Both the position numbers and the translations under genes were made by a program. A DNA stretch of 64,000 bases. Origin: Calditrichia bacterium. Its GTDB lineage: Bacteria; Calditrichota; Calditrichia; JAJRVZ01. The notes under the pieces were generated by a model, which did not search any database, was not told the origin of the DNA, and saw only the letters and a list, made by a program, of their open reading frames with translations. The stretch covers positions 32,001-96,000 of the forward strand of contig CAVZSQ010000013.1 in the NCBI GenBank assembly GCA_963777955.1, written 5' to 3'. Positions 53,560-63,935 of the stretch are shown here, in pieces; position 1 is the first letter of the stretch, and each line of letters starts with the position of its first letter.

Positions 53560-54765
53560 TTATTCGGTCGGGGCGATGATCTGCGCAGAAACTTTGTTCG
53601 CAGTTACTGAGATCACGCGCAGTTTTAATCCCTCAATTTCCTTGCCTTGCAATTCGGAGGCCAGTTGTTCACCGGTCCCTTTGGTATCGATATCGAACAG
53701 AGCGGTACCGCCACCATAACTGCGTTGATTGACCGCCTGTACTCCACGGATATAAAATTTCAAACTGTTTTTAAGAATATTCAACTGCTCAAAACTGGTA
53801 ATATTGCTGACCTGCAATTGAACCTGGCCGCCGCTGTACACGTCTTTCTGCCATTGTGCTATGATTTTATCTTTCAATTGTCCGGCTGCTTTCTTTGCCG
53901 CTTTTTGTAAAGCCTGTGTCCCGCCGGTAACTTCGTCGATATGGGCGGCATTATCATAGGCCGAAGCAGTAGCCAGGATGGTGGCATTATCCGCCTGGAT
54001 CGCGCGTAAATTCAGATTGGCCTGGCATGATTTCATTCCCGAATTACGTAATACTGCGGGCCCGCCCGAGGCTTCTTTAGCCACAGCCGAACCGGTAATA
54101 ATAACCTCGGCTCCGTAACGCATGGCAATGCTGGCGGCAGCACTGGCATCACCCTGCATGGCGGCTTCAACCACATCGTTGGCGATATTGACTTTGGATT
54201 GCTGCGCATCAACAAAGGTAAAACCAAAGACCATCATATCATTCATCAACTCGGTTTCGGTAACGTTCATGTCGGTCAGCAAGACCCCGTAACTATCGCT
54301 GATATTCTTCTCGTCCACCAAAACCATTAATCTTGGTTTTCCTTTACGCTGCATAATCACACCGATGGCCTGTAAATCATTGCGCAGATCGGATAACTTG
54401 ACGGTGGCCCGTACGGTTACTTCAACTGTATTTTCCAGTTGTTTACTTTTGGAAATTATGTCATACTTCTGTACATAGCCGGCGGTCTTGGTATAAATAT
54501 TATCTTCCACGGTCTGATAATTTTCAACCAGGGTGTTCGATTCGACCATGGTGCCCACTACCTGTTCCACGGCATTGCGCAGGGCGGCAGTCACGGCATC
54601 TTCCTGGGCTTTGACCTCATCCCCGGCCAGAATAGCACCGAGGCCCTTGGCCACAACTTCTTTTGCTTCAGGTTGCGGTTGCTGCTGCTGCGCACCGGGC
54701 TGGCCAAAAACCAGAGCAAAACTCAACAGTAGTACTAAGATAGTAATTAGTTTTTTCATACTCAT
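53560..54765 (-). CDS. Secreted protein with a flagellar assembly protein T N-terminal-like domain
   Basis: Signal peptide, EVVAKGLG..AQEDAVTAALRNAVEQVVGTMVESNTLVEN..GYVQKYDII..VTVRATV, PRLMVLV. Confidence 0.7.
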   Translation of the reverse strand: MSMKKLITILVLLLSFALVFGQPGAQQQQPQPEAKEVVAKGLGAILAGDEVKAQEDAVTAALRNAVEQVVGTMVESNTLVENYQTVEDNIYTKTAGYVQKYDIISKSKQLENTVEVTVRATVKLSDLRNDLQAIGVIMQRKGKPRLMVLVDEKNISDSYGVLLTDMNVTETELMNDMMVFGFTFVDAQQSKVNIANDVVEAAMQGDASAAASIAMRYGAEVIITGSAVAKEASGGPAVLRNSGMKSCQANLNLRAIQADNATILATASAYDNAAHIDEVTGGTQALQKAAKKAAGQLKDKIIAQWQKDVYSGGQVQLQVSNITSFEQLNILKNSLKFYIRGVQAVNQRSYGGGTALFDIDTKGTGEQLASELQGKEIEGLKLRVISVTANKVSAQIIAPTE

Positions 54766-54855
54766 ATCCTGTCTATTTCTGATAAGTAAAATTGAGAAGA
54801 TGACTAATTATCATCTTCTCAATTATAGATTAAATGTCCGGCCTGAAGTTATGTA

Positions 54856-56021
54856 TTAAAATTTTGCTTTCAGGTTTCTGATAATATTGAGTGCTTCAGG
54901 ACCCGATACTGCTTTCAGGATCTGGAAAGTACCGTCTTCCATACCGGGCATAATTCCACGGGATGAAACCGTCATCACAGCATTGAAAACCGGTGCGGTA
55001 TTAAGCATATCGGCAAAGGGCGATGTACTGCCAAAAAATTTAGTTTCGATAGTCTGATCATCATAGGCTTTGACCAGGAAGTGTTCGATCAACTTGGCAA
55101 ATTCTCCGCGGTTTACCTTGGCTTCCGGGCGGAACGTTTCATCCGGAAATTTCTCGATAATGCCGGTCGTTAATGCCTGATCGATGAAAGATTTTGCCCA
55201 GTGGTTATCGGCCACATCGGCAGCGACAGCCGTGGGTGCAACTTGCTCGGTTTCCTTCTTGCCCATAATCCCGCTGGAGGGTGCCTGGAAGGTCATAGCA
55301 CTTTGATTTGGAGATTTGCGGAAAATCTTTTCCAGGGGTAATTCAGTCACGAACAGGACCGCCACGTCGGCACGGGTAATTTCCTTCTGTTGAGCGATCT
55401 TCTTCAACTCCGGACTCTGTCCGGCGACAGCAGCCTGGTATTCAGCCAGTTCTTTGATGGCAGCACTGGCTTTAACGTTGGTATTGTCTATTTCCAGGAT
55501 TTTCTGGAAAGTCGTCTGGGCCTCGATATATTTGCCCCAACCTTTGTAGGCATCGCCCATATGATACAGGGCATCCATTTTGACCGCTTTTTTATCAAAC
55601 TTGGATTTGGAATCAGCCACATCATCAACGGCATCTTCCAATTCATCAACCGCTTTTTCAAACTGCCCCTGGGCCGTAAACCAGCGCCCGCGGGCAACCT
55701 GAGCCGGAACCCAATCACCGTCTTCACTCAAGGCTTTTTTAATATTCTTATCGGCTTCGCTGAAATTCTTCTGGGTAATATCAACCAGGGCTAAACCTTC
55801 GTAGGCCGGAGCAAAATTCGCTTTCAGACTCTTGGCTTCGTTGAATTCCCGGGTAGCATTGGCCAGATCATCCTTATCCAGAAACTTTTTACCCTGATTA
55901 TAATGATACTCAGGTGTATCCAGAACCGATTCAGCTTTCCGTTCTTTCGGCCCGCCGCAGGAAATTAAGAATAAGGCATGGCCGCTACGGCAATACTCAA
56001 AATAAACAATTTTTTCAACAT
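54856..56021 (-). CDS. TPR + S-layer homology (SLH) domain lipoprotein (frameshift in the signal peptide near 55977)
   Basis: RBS AGGAGG and ATG at 56021 (MLKKLFILSIAVAA), continuing in the shifted frame LFLISCGG (lipobox). TPRs, then SLH motifs DVADNHWA..FPDETFRPEAKVNRGEFA and ITRAD. Confidence 0.8.
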
Positions 56022-56071
56022 TGCTCTTCCTCCTAAATTAGAAGAATTCTATTTATCATAACACCATCATT

Positions 56072-56106
56072 TCTTTAATCTTTAGTCTTTAATCTTATAT
56101 CTTGCC
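56072..56106. repeat. Intergenic degenerate 7-bp tandem repeat
   Basis: tctttaa-tctttag-tctttaa-tcttata-tcttgcc. Confidence 0.6.
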
Positions 56107-56110
56107 CTGG

Positions 56111-56933
56111 TCAGTCCAGAATAATCATCACCCGGCATTGCTCCATAAAATTCTGAGTTTTCGCCGCATTGAGTATCTGCTGAGCCTCATTATTGTTTAT
56201 GACCACATCACTTTTATTCGTACCACTGGCTTTGATAGCTTTGACCACCACGGGATTATTAGTGACGCGTTCGTTGCTTTTGGCACGGATTGATATCTTT
56301 TTCATAACCGACCACGCCCTGCTGCACGGCAAATTCCCTGCTGACATAACCAGTGCCGTATACTTCGTTGCCCTGTTCATCCAGAATTTTGGGCGCCATG
56401 GCCGGACGTACACCAATACCGCGGGCATCGATGATCAGACCGGTATAGACCACATTGGCCGGTATCGCCTGATAGCCGGGATAACCCTGACCGGGAGCCA
56501 TTGGAGTGCCCATAGCCGGCAATAAGGCATCTAACAGAATCCCGCTTAAAGGTATTTCCACATCCACTTCAACCGATCCGTCACTCATATAACGTTGATT
56601 TATGACCCTGAAATTACGTACAATACCCTCAACCCTGGTCTGTATTATATCACTCTGCACCATGGCATTTTCCACAGTGGTTTCAGATGTCAGGGACATT
56701 CCTTTTACTGTCTGTAATAAATTTCTTAATGCCACAAGTTTAGCCGCTTCCAGGGCACCGGCACGCTGGGCTGCCATGGGCATCTTGGGATTGGGTGCAC
56801 CGATACCGGTCGCGGTAATCAATTGATCCTGCCAATTCACGGACCCGGCATTGGGTATCTGTTGAAATACCTGAGCATTGAGACTGACTACCATAAGAAT
56901 TAAAACAACGAATACACTGAGTAATCGCTTCAT
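56111..56933 (-). CDS. LPP20-like secreted protein (frameshift near 56290)
   Basis: Signal peptide, GSVNWQ..ITATGIGAP..ALEAAKLVALRNLLQTVKG, YTGLIIDARG..PAMAPKILDEQG. C-terminus RVTNNPVVVKA..SDVVI..CRVMIILD lies in the next frame. Confidence 0.7.
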
Positions 56934-57071
56934 ACTGGCCTCCAATTATTAGATGGATTTAAATGGTTTTTTTCAATTTTACCGGATAATTAAACAACTA
57001 CCGTTATTATATACTGTGATGATGATCACCTTAATCAATAAATAATAATGACTTAAAATCCGTCAACTGCG

Positions 57072-57143
<72 letters not shown>

Positions 57144-57148
57144 AATTT

Positions 57149-57213
57149 TAACTTGTTTATTATCAATAAGTTATTCCTTGTTAAACTAATTTGTGCAACA
57201 AATGTACAACAAA
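57149..57213. other. att-like junction: IHF consensus site plus tandem arm-type repeats
   Basis: TATCAATAAGTTA (57161-57173) matches WATCAANNNNTTR within an imperfect inverted repeat (57149-57173). Direct repeats TGTGCAACAAA and TGTACAACAAA at 57192-57213. Confidence 0.6.
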
Positions 57214-57298
57214 TAATCACTTTTTTGAGCATGGGCTACCATTCAAATATAACAATGTAAAATTTAGTTTTATTTAACTACTTTATCAAGAATAACAG

Positions 57299-57585
57299 TT
57301 ATTTTTTTCTTTTCTTCAGGCTTGAATCTGCTACAAATTTTGCTGCTTCATCGTCAATTTCCGACCGGGTTCGAACACGAGCAGCGGCAATATATTTCTC
57401 CAAATCTGTTCTTCTGAAGGTTAGTTTTTTCCCATTTTGATATGAGGGATTTCTTTCAAGGAAGTCTTCTTATAAAGAGTAGATTCAGAGATATCTAGCA
57501 TTTTGGCAGCCTCCGCTAAAGCAAGATATTGTTTTTCAATTGCCGGAGCTGGTTCGCTGGATTCTTCTGTAACCCTGGCACGCAT
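57299..57585 (-). CDS. Excisionase-family (HTH_17) DNA-binding protein, frameshifted in an A-run (missed by the ORF track)
   Basis: Manual translation MRARVTEESSEPAPAIEKQYLALAEAAKMLDISESTLYKKTSLKEIPHIKMG / KKLTFRRTDLEKYIAAARVRTRSEIDDEAAKFV... Confidence 0.75.
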
Positions 57586-57955
57586 GGTTTTTTTGATTAT
57601 ACCCAGCCAGAGCTAAGATTCCTCCCGAGCCATTACACTGCGTTCATCCATTTTTCGATTTTCTTGATTCCAGTCAATAGGATTTCGTTCTCGATTGGAG
57701 ATTCAGTTCCGACTGTTCAGCCTTTGCTCGATTTTGCCTCCACTGTGTTGGCAATTCGATATATCGCGACATTGACAATGCCATTTCGGTTGTGATTTCT
57801 CTTTGATGTCGTGGATGCTGTCTTTCTCATAATTATCTCCATCTGAATATATAAACATCTGGACATGGAAAAATATTGCATTCGAACACATGAATGAGAG
57901 TACTATGCGCCTTTTATCGTTTAACACTCATAATTCACATCCTTCATTTCTCAAG

Positions 57956-58417
57956 TCAACCAATTTCAAATTCACCCTGGTGGCAATATTGAATAAAATC
58001 TTCGATTTTTTCTATATAATTGATACCGCTAAAATGTTGCATTGCTTCTCTGTTATCTCCATTTTGCCAGGTTGGAGATAATTTTGAGAATATTTCATTA
58101 GTAGATTCTTCGGGTAGATTGGGTATATCTTTTGTGTTATCATCTAAGGTAAATATATTTTTTTTTATAAATTCAATATCGCCCATTTCCCCATATTCAT
58201 TTAAATCACATTTTGATAGATCAGGTAATAATTTTCCCAAAGCATCGGCTAAATTTGTCGCATCCGCAGCACTTATAATCTGGTAATTGTTCCCTAAATA
58301 ATACTCTGCTTTATGTTCAGGTTCCCAGCCATATTCATAAGCTAAACCAAGTAAATCCGGCCAATCGTGAATAGTCCATCTAAAACCACCCCCTTGACCA
58401 TGTAAATCGTAACCCAT
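57956..58417 (-). CDS. Hypothetical protein
   Basis: 153-aa ORF with RBS GAGG. No family recognised with confidence. Confidence 0.65.
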   Translation of the reverse strand: MGYDLHGQGGGFRWTIHDWPDLLGLAYEYGWEPEHKAEYYLGNNYQIISAADATNLADALGKLLPDLSKCDLNEYGEMGDIEFIKKNIFTLDDNTKDIPNLPEESTNEIFSKLSPTWQNGDNREAMQHFSGINYIEKIEDFIQYCHQGEFEIG

Positions 58418-58543
58418 TTTAAAACCTCATTTCTTCATACCTGGCGGTAGACAGGCAAATTGCTCAGTAAATATCATTTTATTAAATCCTCAATTTTTTA
58501 CTTCTCGCCAATACCCCGTTAGCGGATATAAAACCAATCCCGC

Positions 58544-58939
58544 TTAATTTATTTTCTTTCGTTCCTCTATCCGCTCGTCTATACAATTAGTGCAAGCTGT
58601 AACGTCCCCATTAGCATTACTGAAAAATGCCATCGCTGGTTTTTTACAAATCGGGCACACTTTACCAGCATAAGTTTCAATGGGTTGAATTTTACCTTTC
58701 TTATTTTCGCATTTACGGGTCGGTTCTTGCCCCTGGTATTTTTCCTCTTTACACTTTTCGCAAATCCATTTTTTATCGTATTGATAAGCAGCAAATTCTA
58801 AATCCGGGTTTTTGCTTTTAAAATTATTATTACATATTTCGCACTCGGTCGGTATGTTAATAAAATCTGGATTTTCTTCCTCGACCGGTTTTTCTTCCTC
58901 AACAGGATCATCTTCCCAAATAAAATCTTCATCTCTCAT
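58544..58939 (-). CDS. Cys-rich hypothetical protein (putative zinc fingers)
   Basis: Acidic N-terminus and four CxxC pairs (CEIC, CEKC, CPIC, CTNC). Confidence 0.6.
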   Translation of the reverse strand: MRDEDFIWEDDPVEEEKPVEEENPDFINIPTECEICNNNFKSKNPDLEFAAYQYDKKWICEKCKEEKYQGQEPTRKCENKKGKIQPIETYAGKVCPICKKPAMAFFSNANGDVTACTNCIDERIEERKKIN

Positions 58940-59158
58940 AACTTCACCTATAAGTATTTATCCACTTCCCTATACATATCCGCACACTTCATAAATGTAT
59001 TGCGATACTTTAAAATAACAACATCCGGTTCAATCTGATATAACTGGAATCCCTTATGTGGAATCAAGAGAATCAACCAGGATATTCAATTCATAGATAT
59101 CTTTGCAATCGTCGGATTGGCCGAATAAAAGTTTTTTAGTCATTCCTACTTTTTAAAG

Positions 59159-59638
59159 CTAATCCTCAACTAATCTTTTAATAGCAAATCCACTGACTTT
59201 AAGCACAGGCAAACTAATAGTTTCAACTCCAGTAGAGACTGATTCATATTCAAAATTTATTTTGAAATCACATAGAGCATTGGCACCCATTTCGATTGCC
59301 TTTTTATAAGCAAATTCTACGACCTGGGACATCTCGACATAATCATAAAACCAGATTTTATATTCAGTAGAATAGTCTGTGATATAGGGATTATTTTCCT
59401 TTGATTTCTTTCCTGAAATCGCTGATTTATATTCAGCACCTGATTTAATAGAAAATATAACTAAACCCACAGGTTCATATTTCCCATTGTACGAATATGG
59501 GGTGAAAAGAAATCCTTTTTTAGTATATTCTCGAAAATCTGCACCTGAAATTGATGTCTCTTTTTCAATCCTGGTAATTTTACGTTCACATCCAACAATC
59601 ATGAATAAAATGACTAACGACCAAAACCACCATTTCAT
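59159..59638 (-). CDS. Hypothetical lipoprotein, weakly YbjQ/heavy-metal-binding-like
   Basis: RBS AGGAGG, lipobox IVGC, KAIEMGANALCDFKI...VSGFAIK. Confidence 0.6.
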   Translation of the reverse strand: MKWWFWSLVILFMIVGCERKITRIEKETSISGADFREYTKKGFLFTPYSYNGKYEPVGLVIFSIKSGAEYKSAISGKKSKENNPYITDYSTEYKIWFYDYVEMSQVVEFAYKKAIEMGANALCDFKINFEYESVSTGVETISLPVLKVSGFAIKRLVED

Positions 59639-59782
59639 GTTAATTCCTCCTATAAAAAATCTTTAGATATAATACATCGGTTTAGTCTTTGTCAGATAAA
59701 ATAGCAGTCATCGGATTGACTTTAAAGGAGAATCTTTTTTACGGATGCTTTGTTCCGAAAATCCAAATAGCCATTAGTTTAA

Positions 59783-60196
59783 TTAGTAAATATTATGGGA
59801 CTCATATTTCTCAATTCTTTTGTGAAATTCTTCAATCTGCTTTTTCTGTTCCACTATTAATTTGCTTTTTTCTTCAATCTCTGTTTTAAGATTATTTATC
59901 TCATTTGGAGTGATAACATTTATTATCCCCTTATCTACCAATTCATCAAAGGCTGTTGGTATTTTGTATGTCGCCACCCAAAAACCTAAAGAAAAGGAAA
60001 TGGAGACTCCAAAAAATAACCTAAAGCACCATGTTAAAAATAAATTCCAATCCCAATACCAATCCATATGAAAAGATTCTGAAAACTCAATTTGTAATTT
60101 GGTTGCAATAATAGAAAATATACAGATTAGGAAAAGAGGCAATCCGAATTTATACCAGATATTGCCCATTTTATTATAAAACTCGTCATAGTTCAT
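59783..60196 (-). CDS. Hypothetical membrane protein with a C-terminal coiled coil
   Basis: Two hydrophobic segments followed by an E/K-rich heptad tail. Confidence 0.55.
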   Translation of the reverse strand: MNYDEFYNKMGNIWYKFGLPLFLICIFSIIATKLQIEFSESFHMDWYWDWNLFLTWCFRLFFGVSISFSLGFWVATYKIPTAFDELVDKGIINVITPNEINNLKTEIEEKSKLIVEQKKQIEEFHKRIEKYESHNIY

Positions 60197-60354
60197 ATTA
60201 ACCTTTCTTTAAAATCAGTATGCCAGGCGGATCTGTTAAAATCAATAAATTTTAAAGCCACATTTGTGGGCAAACTATAAAATATTTTGAATCTTTATTT
60301 TGTAACCACGGATGCCAATGAGTCATGTTACTATTTGCTGTAACTATTATAGCA

Positions 60355-60534
60355 TTATTCCTCTTTTGAATCGTATTTCTTTACGCTCTTAGAAAAGCAC
60401 TCACTGCATATCTTGATCGGATTCTCACCTGGAATTATAAAATAGATATTTGTTTTTTCGCCACAGACATAACATTTATTGTTCATGTCTCTTAGATCAT
60501 GCTCGATGTTTTTGATGATGTCTTTGGTGTCCAT
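60355..60534 (-). CDS. Small C4 zinc-finger protein (59 aa, below the ORF track cutoff)
   Basis: RBS GGAG, then MDTKDIIKNIEHDLRDMNNKCYVCGEKTNIYFIIPGENPIKICSECFSKSVKKYDSKEE. Confidence 0.55.
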   Translation of the reverse strand: MDTKDIIKNIEHDLRDMNNKCYVCGEKTNIYFIIPGENPIKICSECFSKSVKKYDSKEE

Positions 60535-61012
60535 ATTTATTTCTCCGATAATTTACATTTTATTTTTCTCGCCTCGATGATGTTATAGTTTCTCTGTCAT
60601 GTTTAATAATCAGAGATCCCAGCAAAAAACGACCATCCGTAGGAAATCGGGTTGAACGTGGCCCGCCAGTGAATACGAAGATATAAAGGATAGATTTTAT
60701 CATTTATAGTACCAAAGAAGGGAATCGAATATATTATACCAATTCTAAATCTGAGATTCTATCAAAATATAAAAGGTATTTAAGGTGACATATCTTAATC
60801 CCTTGTTTTATTAATGATTGATGGAGCAACATTATTCCCAATACCTTACTCCAGTCAAAGGCATATGCGCTTATATAAAATAATATTTTGCTTGTGCTGA
60901 TGAATATTTAATATTAAGATACTTACAAGTTAGGCATTTACCGGACAGCCCCTACATTATATAGTTAAATTTGCCATTCATCGAGAATTTATGTTTATAA
61001 GGTGAGACTGTA

Positions 61013-62826
61013 ATGCCATTCCGTCGATTCTTTTTTTGCTGTATAATAATTTCTTCAATACAAGCACAAGATTTTATTGATTGGTCGACCAACTTCAGGA
61101 TGCCCCCGCGACGTTCTCTTAATTATTCGAGAACTTCCTATTATGAAAATTCTAAAAATTGGCAAGCCATAATCGACAGTACCTGGGGTGAAGGATTACC
61201 CATAGCAGAAAAGCTGGCTATATTTGATACCGTTTGGAATACGATCGATGCTAAATTCGCCTGTTTTCAGCATCTCGATATCGATTGGAATGAAATCAAG
61301 AATAAATACCGGCCCGAAATCGAGCAAGGAGTGAGCAGAGGAAGATTTGCTGCAATCATGAGTCATATGGCTCTGGCTCTACAAGAATCACATACCTGGT
61401 TCGATGATATGGATGTCTCTTCGTTATACTATCCGGAACCGGGCACTCCCTTGCTCTATGCTGGAGGCTGGGGCATGGATTCTCATTTTGGTGCCTGCCT
61501 GACTCCGTTACCCGATAGACTCGTTGCTGGTTTATAAAGTGATCCAAAACCATCCGCTGGGTTTGATCCCGGGTGATATCATTTTGGGTTACCAGGGTAT
61601 TCCCTGGAAACGGTTATACAAAATACTTTTAGCCGAGGAATTACCGATTGGTTCTCAGGGAGTCTGGGGAGCCAATGACGAAGCCTTTACCCATTGCTGG
61701 CTGCAGGGAGCGGGAATTAACTGGCATCTTTTTGACACGATAAATGTTGTAAAATATACCAGTGGCGATACCGTGAATCTGGCCACCGCTCCTTTAATCG
61801 ATCAGGAAATGGAAATATTCGGAACAGAGCAGTTGCCGGTACCCGGTATAGATTATCCTGATTCGATGCAGGGTCAGGATGTTGGCTGGGGAATTATTGA
61901 TGGTACGAATATTGGATATATTTATGTCTGGAGTTGGTACCGACCGAACCCATCCTTAAAATTTAGAAATGCCATCGATTCACTAATGCATATTTATGAT
62001 GCAGATGGAATGATTATAGATATGCGGTTTAATGCTGGAGGTTTTGTTGAAAGCAGTTATGGAGGTCTGCGTTTGCTTCATAATGCCGATTTCCCGGATT
62101 TAGGTTTAGCCACCAGAGACAATGCCCTTGATCATTATCAAATGAATGTCGCTGTACGATATTTTTTGCATGGTGATACCAATACTTATTTTAATAAACC
62201 AATTGCCGTTTTAATTGGACCTGCTGGATTCAGTGCTGTAGATTTTATCGCTCTGTTGTTAAAAGCACATCCTATGGTGAAAATCTTCGGTAAATCTTCC
62301 GCCTCCGCTTTTGCCTCACAATCGCGGTTGCCCATTAACGCATCTGACGGATCTGGATGGGATATAAGGTATGCTGCATATAATGGTTTTATTGAAAATG
62401 AATCAATGGAATTTCTTACCCGTACCAAGGTCGGGGTTGACGAAGCAGTATGGTTTAAACCAGAAGATGTTTACTATGGTAAAGATTCCATCGTAGAAGC
62501 AGACTCTCACTTGGATAAATAATCAAAATTCTGCTGTTGCCGATCAAACATCCATAGTAACAGATCGACTGGTATTACAGCAAAACTATCCAAATCCTTT
62601 CAATCCATCTACAAAGATTAAGTTCTATATACCTAAAAGTGGACCGGTTCTTCTTGAAATTTATAATGCCTTGGGTCATCATATAGAAACTCTAATTAAT
62701 GAACGATTGGCACAAGGATATCATGAAATTGAATTTAGTGCACGTAAACTCTCCAGTGGTGTTTATTTTTACCGTATTAAGTCAGGCATGGCACAGAATG
62801 TTAAAAAAATGATTTTAATAAAGTAG
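61013..62826 (+). CDS. S41-family peptidase with a C-terminal T9SS type-A sorting domain (frameshifts near 61525 and 62500)
   Basis: Signal peptide, tricorn C1-like IDWNEIKNKYRP..LQESHT, NIGYIYV, IIDMRFNAGG, FSAVD. The third frame gives LQQNYPNPFNPSTKI..SSGVYFYRI..KKMILIK*. Confidence 0.8.
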
Positions 62827-62853
62827 GTTTTATAATATTGTATTAAAGTAGAA

Positions 62854-62924
62854 GTTAAACAGACTTGCGTGAATTGCTAAAATGTGCTGAGTGGCTGGTC
62901 GCCGGTTATGCCAAGTCTTTAGAC
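62854..62924 (+). repeat. Degenerate attC-like site 1
   Basis: GTTAAAC..AGACTTG ... CAAGTCT..TTAGAC imperfect arms. Internal gcgtgaattgctaaaatgtgct is shared with sites 2 and 3. Confidence 0.5.
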
Positions 62925-62948
62925 AAAATATTTTAAAAGAGATATAGT

Positions 62949-63374
62949 ATGAAAAAGAAATATGTGTTTTTCTACTCTCTCCTCTTCGCTGCTTGCAACA
63001 TAACAGGTCCATCATCAAATGTTTCAATTCAACCCGGTATTTACGAAGGTATATTCTCAATCACTTATTTTGCAGGAACCGATAGCTCCTCAAATGTAAA
63101 AAGTCAAACAACCTTCACTTTTAATGATACAGGGTGGTATACTTGCAGGGGGAATTTAACATATACACCCCCAGCGGGTGGAGGAGAATATAAATTAGTT
63201 AACGGGTTATTACAATTGAAAGATCTTGTTCCTCACACAGCAGAATTTGATTGGTCATTGATATTGGGCGGTTACTTTGATATTACACAGTCGGGGACAA
63301 CATTGACACTCACCCAAAACGACAAAAAACATGCCCGCTACAGACATATTGTAATTAAACTTGTATCTTCGTGA
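62949..63374 (+). CDS. Hypothetical lipoprotein (putative gene cassette)
   Basis: Lipobox FAAC. The ORF lies between attC-like sites 1 and 2 with very short flanks. Confidence 0.7.
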   Translation: MKKKYVFFYSLLFAACNITGPSSNVSIQPGIYEGIFSITYFAGTDSSSNVKSQTTFTFNDTGWYTCRGNLTYTPPAGGGEYKLVNGLLQLKDLVPHTAEFDWSLILGGYFDITQSGTTLTLTQNDKKHARYRHIVIKLVSS

Positions 63375-63386
63375 TAATAATACGAC

Positions 63387-63462
63387 GTCTAGCACCAGAA
63401 TCAACCGGACGCCCAGTTTACTGGCGTGAATTGCTGGTCACGGTTGTGTTTGGTCATTAGGC
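63387..63462 (+). repeat. attC-like site 2
   Basis: GTCTAGC ... ATTAGGC ends (near RYYYAAC/GTTRRRY). Pairing ACCAGA/TTTGGT, CAACCG/CGGTTG and GAC/GTC with unpaired extra bases. Starts 12 bp after a stop codon. Confidence 0.65.
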
Positions 63463-63482
63463 GACTAATCAGTGAGTATTGA

Positions 63483-63878
63483 ATGGGTACAAGTTACGTT
63501 GAATATAGAGACAAGGGATTCTGGTCTTGGGATGGTTACCTGGAGCATCTGCTCGCGCTATTGGCCAATAGCATCCCTGCCAGTGAAACAGACAAGTGGT
63601 TGATAGAAGCTCGTGATCACTGGCGAAAGCAGTCATCTGGAGATTTCGGCGGCTGGATACATCCAATGCTTAACGAGTACTGTGCAACTGAACAGCATAG
63701 GACTATCATCATGGAAAAGGTCGAGTCGCTACTCGATAGTAAGAGTCTTACAGAAGAGGTCCGGAAAACTGCAGATTTATTATTAGCGTTGCTTAAGGGC
63801 GAAATGGGAACGGACGCTACAAGCCCGCTGGATTATATAGTAACAGGATCACACCCATATCAACGGGGCCTGGAGTAG
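63483..63878 (+). CDS. Hypothetical protein (putative gene cassette)
   Basis: 131-aa ORF starting 20 bp after attC-like site 2 and followed by site 3. Confidence 0.7.
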   Translation: MGTSYVEYRDKGFWSWDGYLEHLLALLANSIPASETDKWLIEARDHWRKQSSGDFGGWIHPMLNEYCATEQHRTIIMEKVESLLDSKSLTEEVRKTADLLLALLKGEMGTDATSPLDYIVTGSHPYQRGLE

Positions 63879-63935
63879 GGCGAGTAAAATCGCAAAAATG
63901 TCCGGGTTTCAAGACAGTTAAAACGAGTAATTCAT

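Larger units (their letters stand above)
57144..60700. mobile_element. AT-rich genomic island or prophage remnant abutting tRNA-Gly
   Basis: Abrupt visible shift to AT-rich sequence, short co-oriented orphan ORFs, an excisionase-like gene and an att-like junction. Right boundary is uncertain and no integrase is seen. Confidence 0.6.

Noticed and set aside
101..56826. The many short antisense or alternative-frame ORFs in the track (e.g. 5119..5811, 10599..11261, 15145..15702, 42384..43109)
   Set aside because: They lie within well-supported genes and show no recognisable motifs, so they are shadow ORFs.
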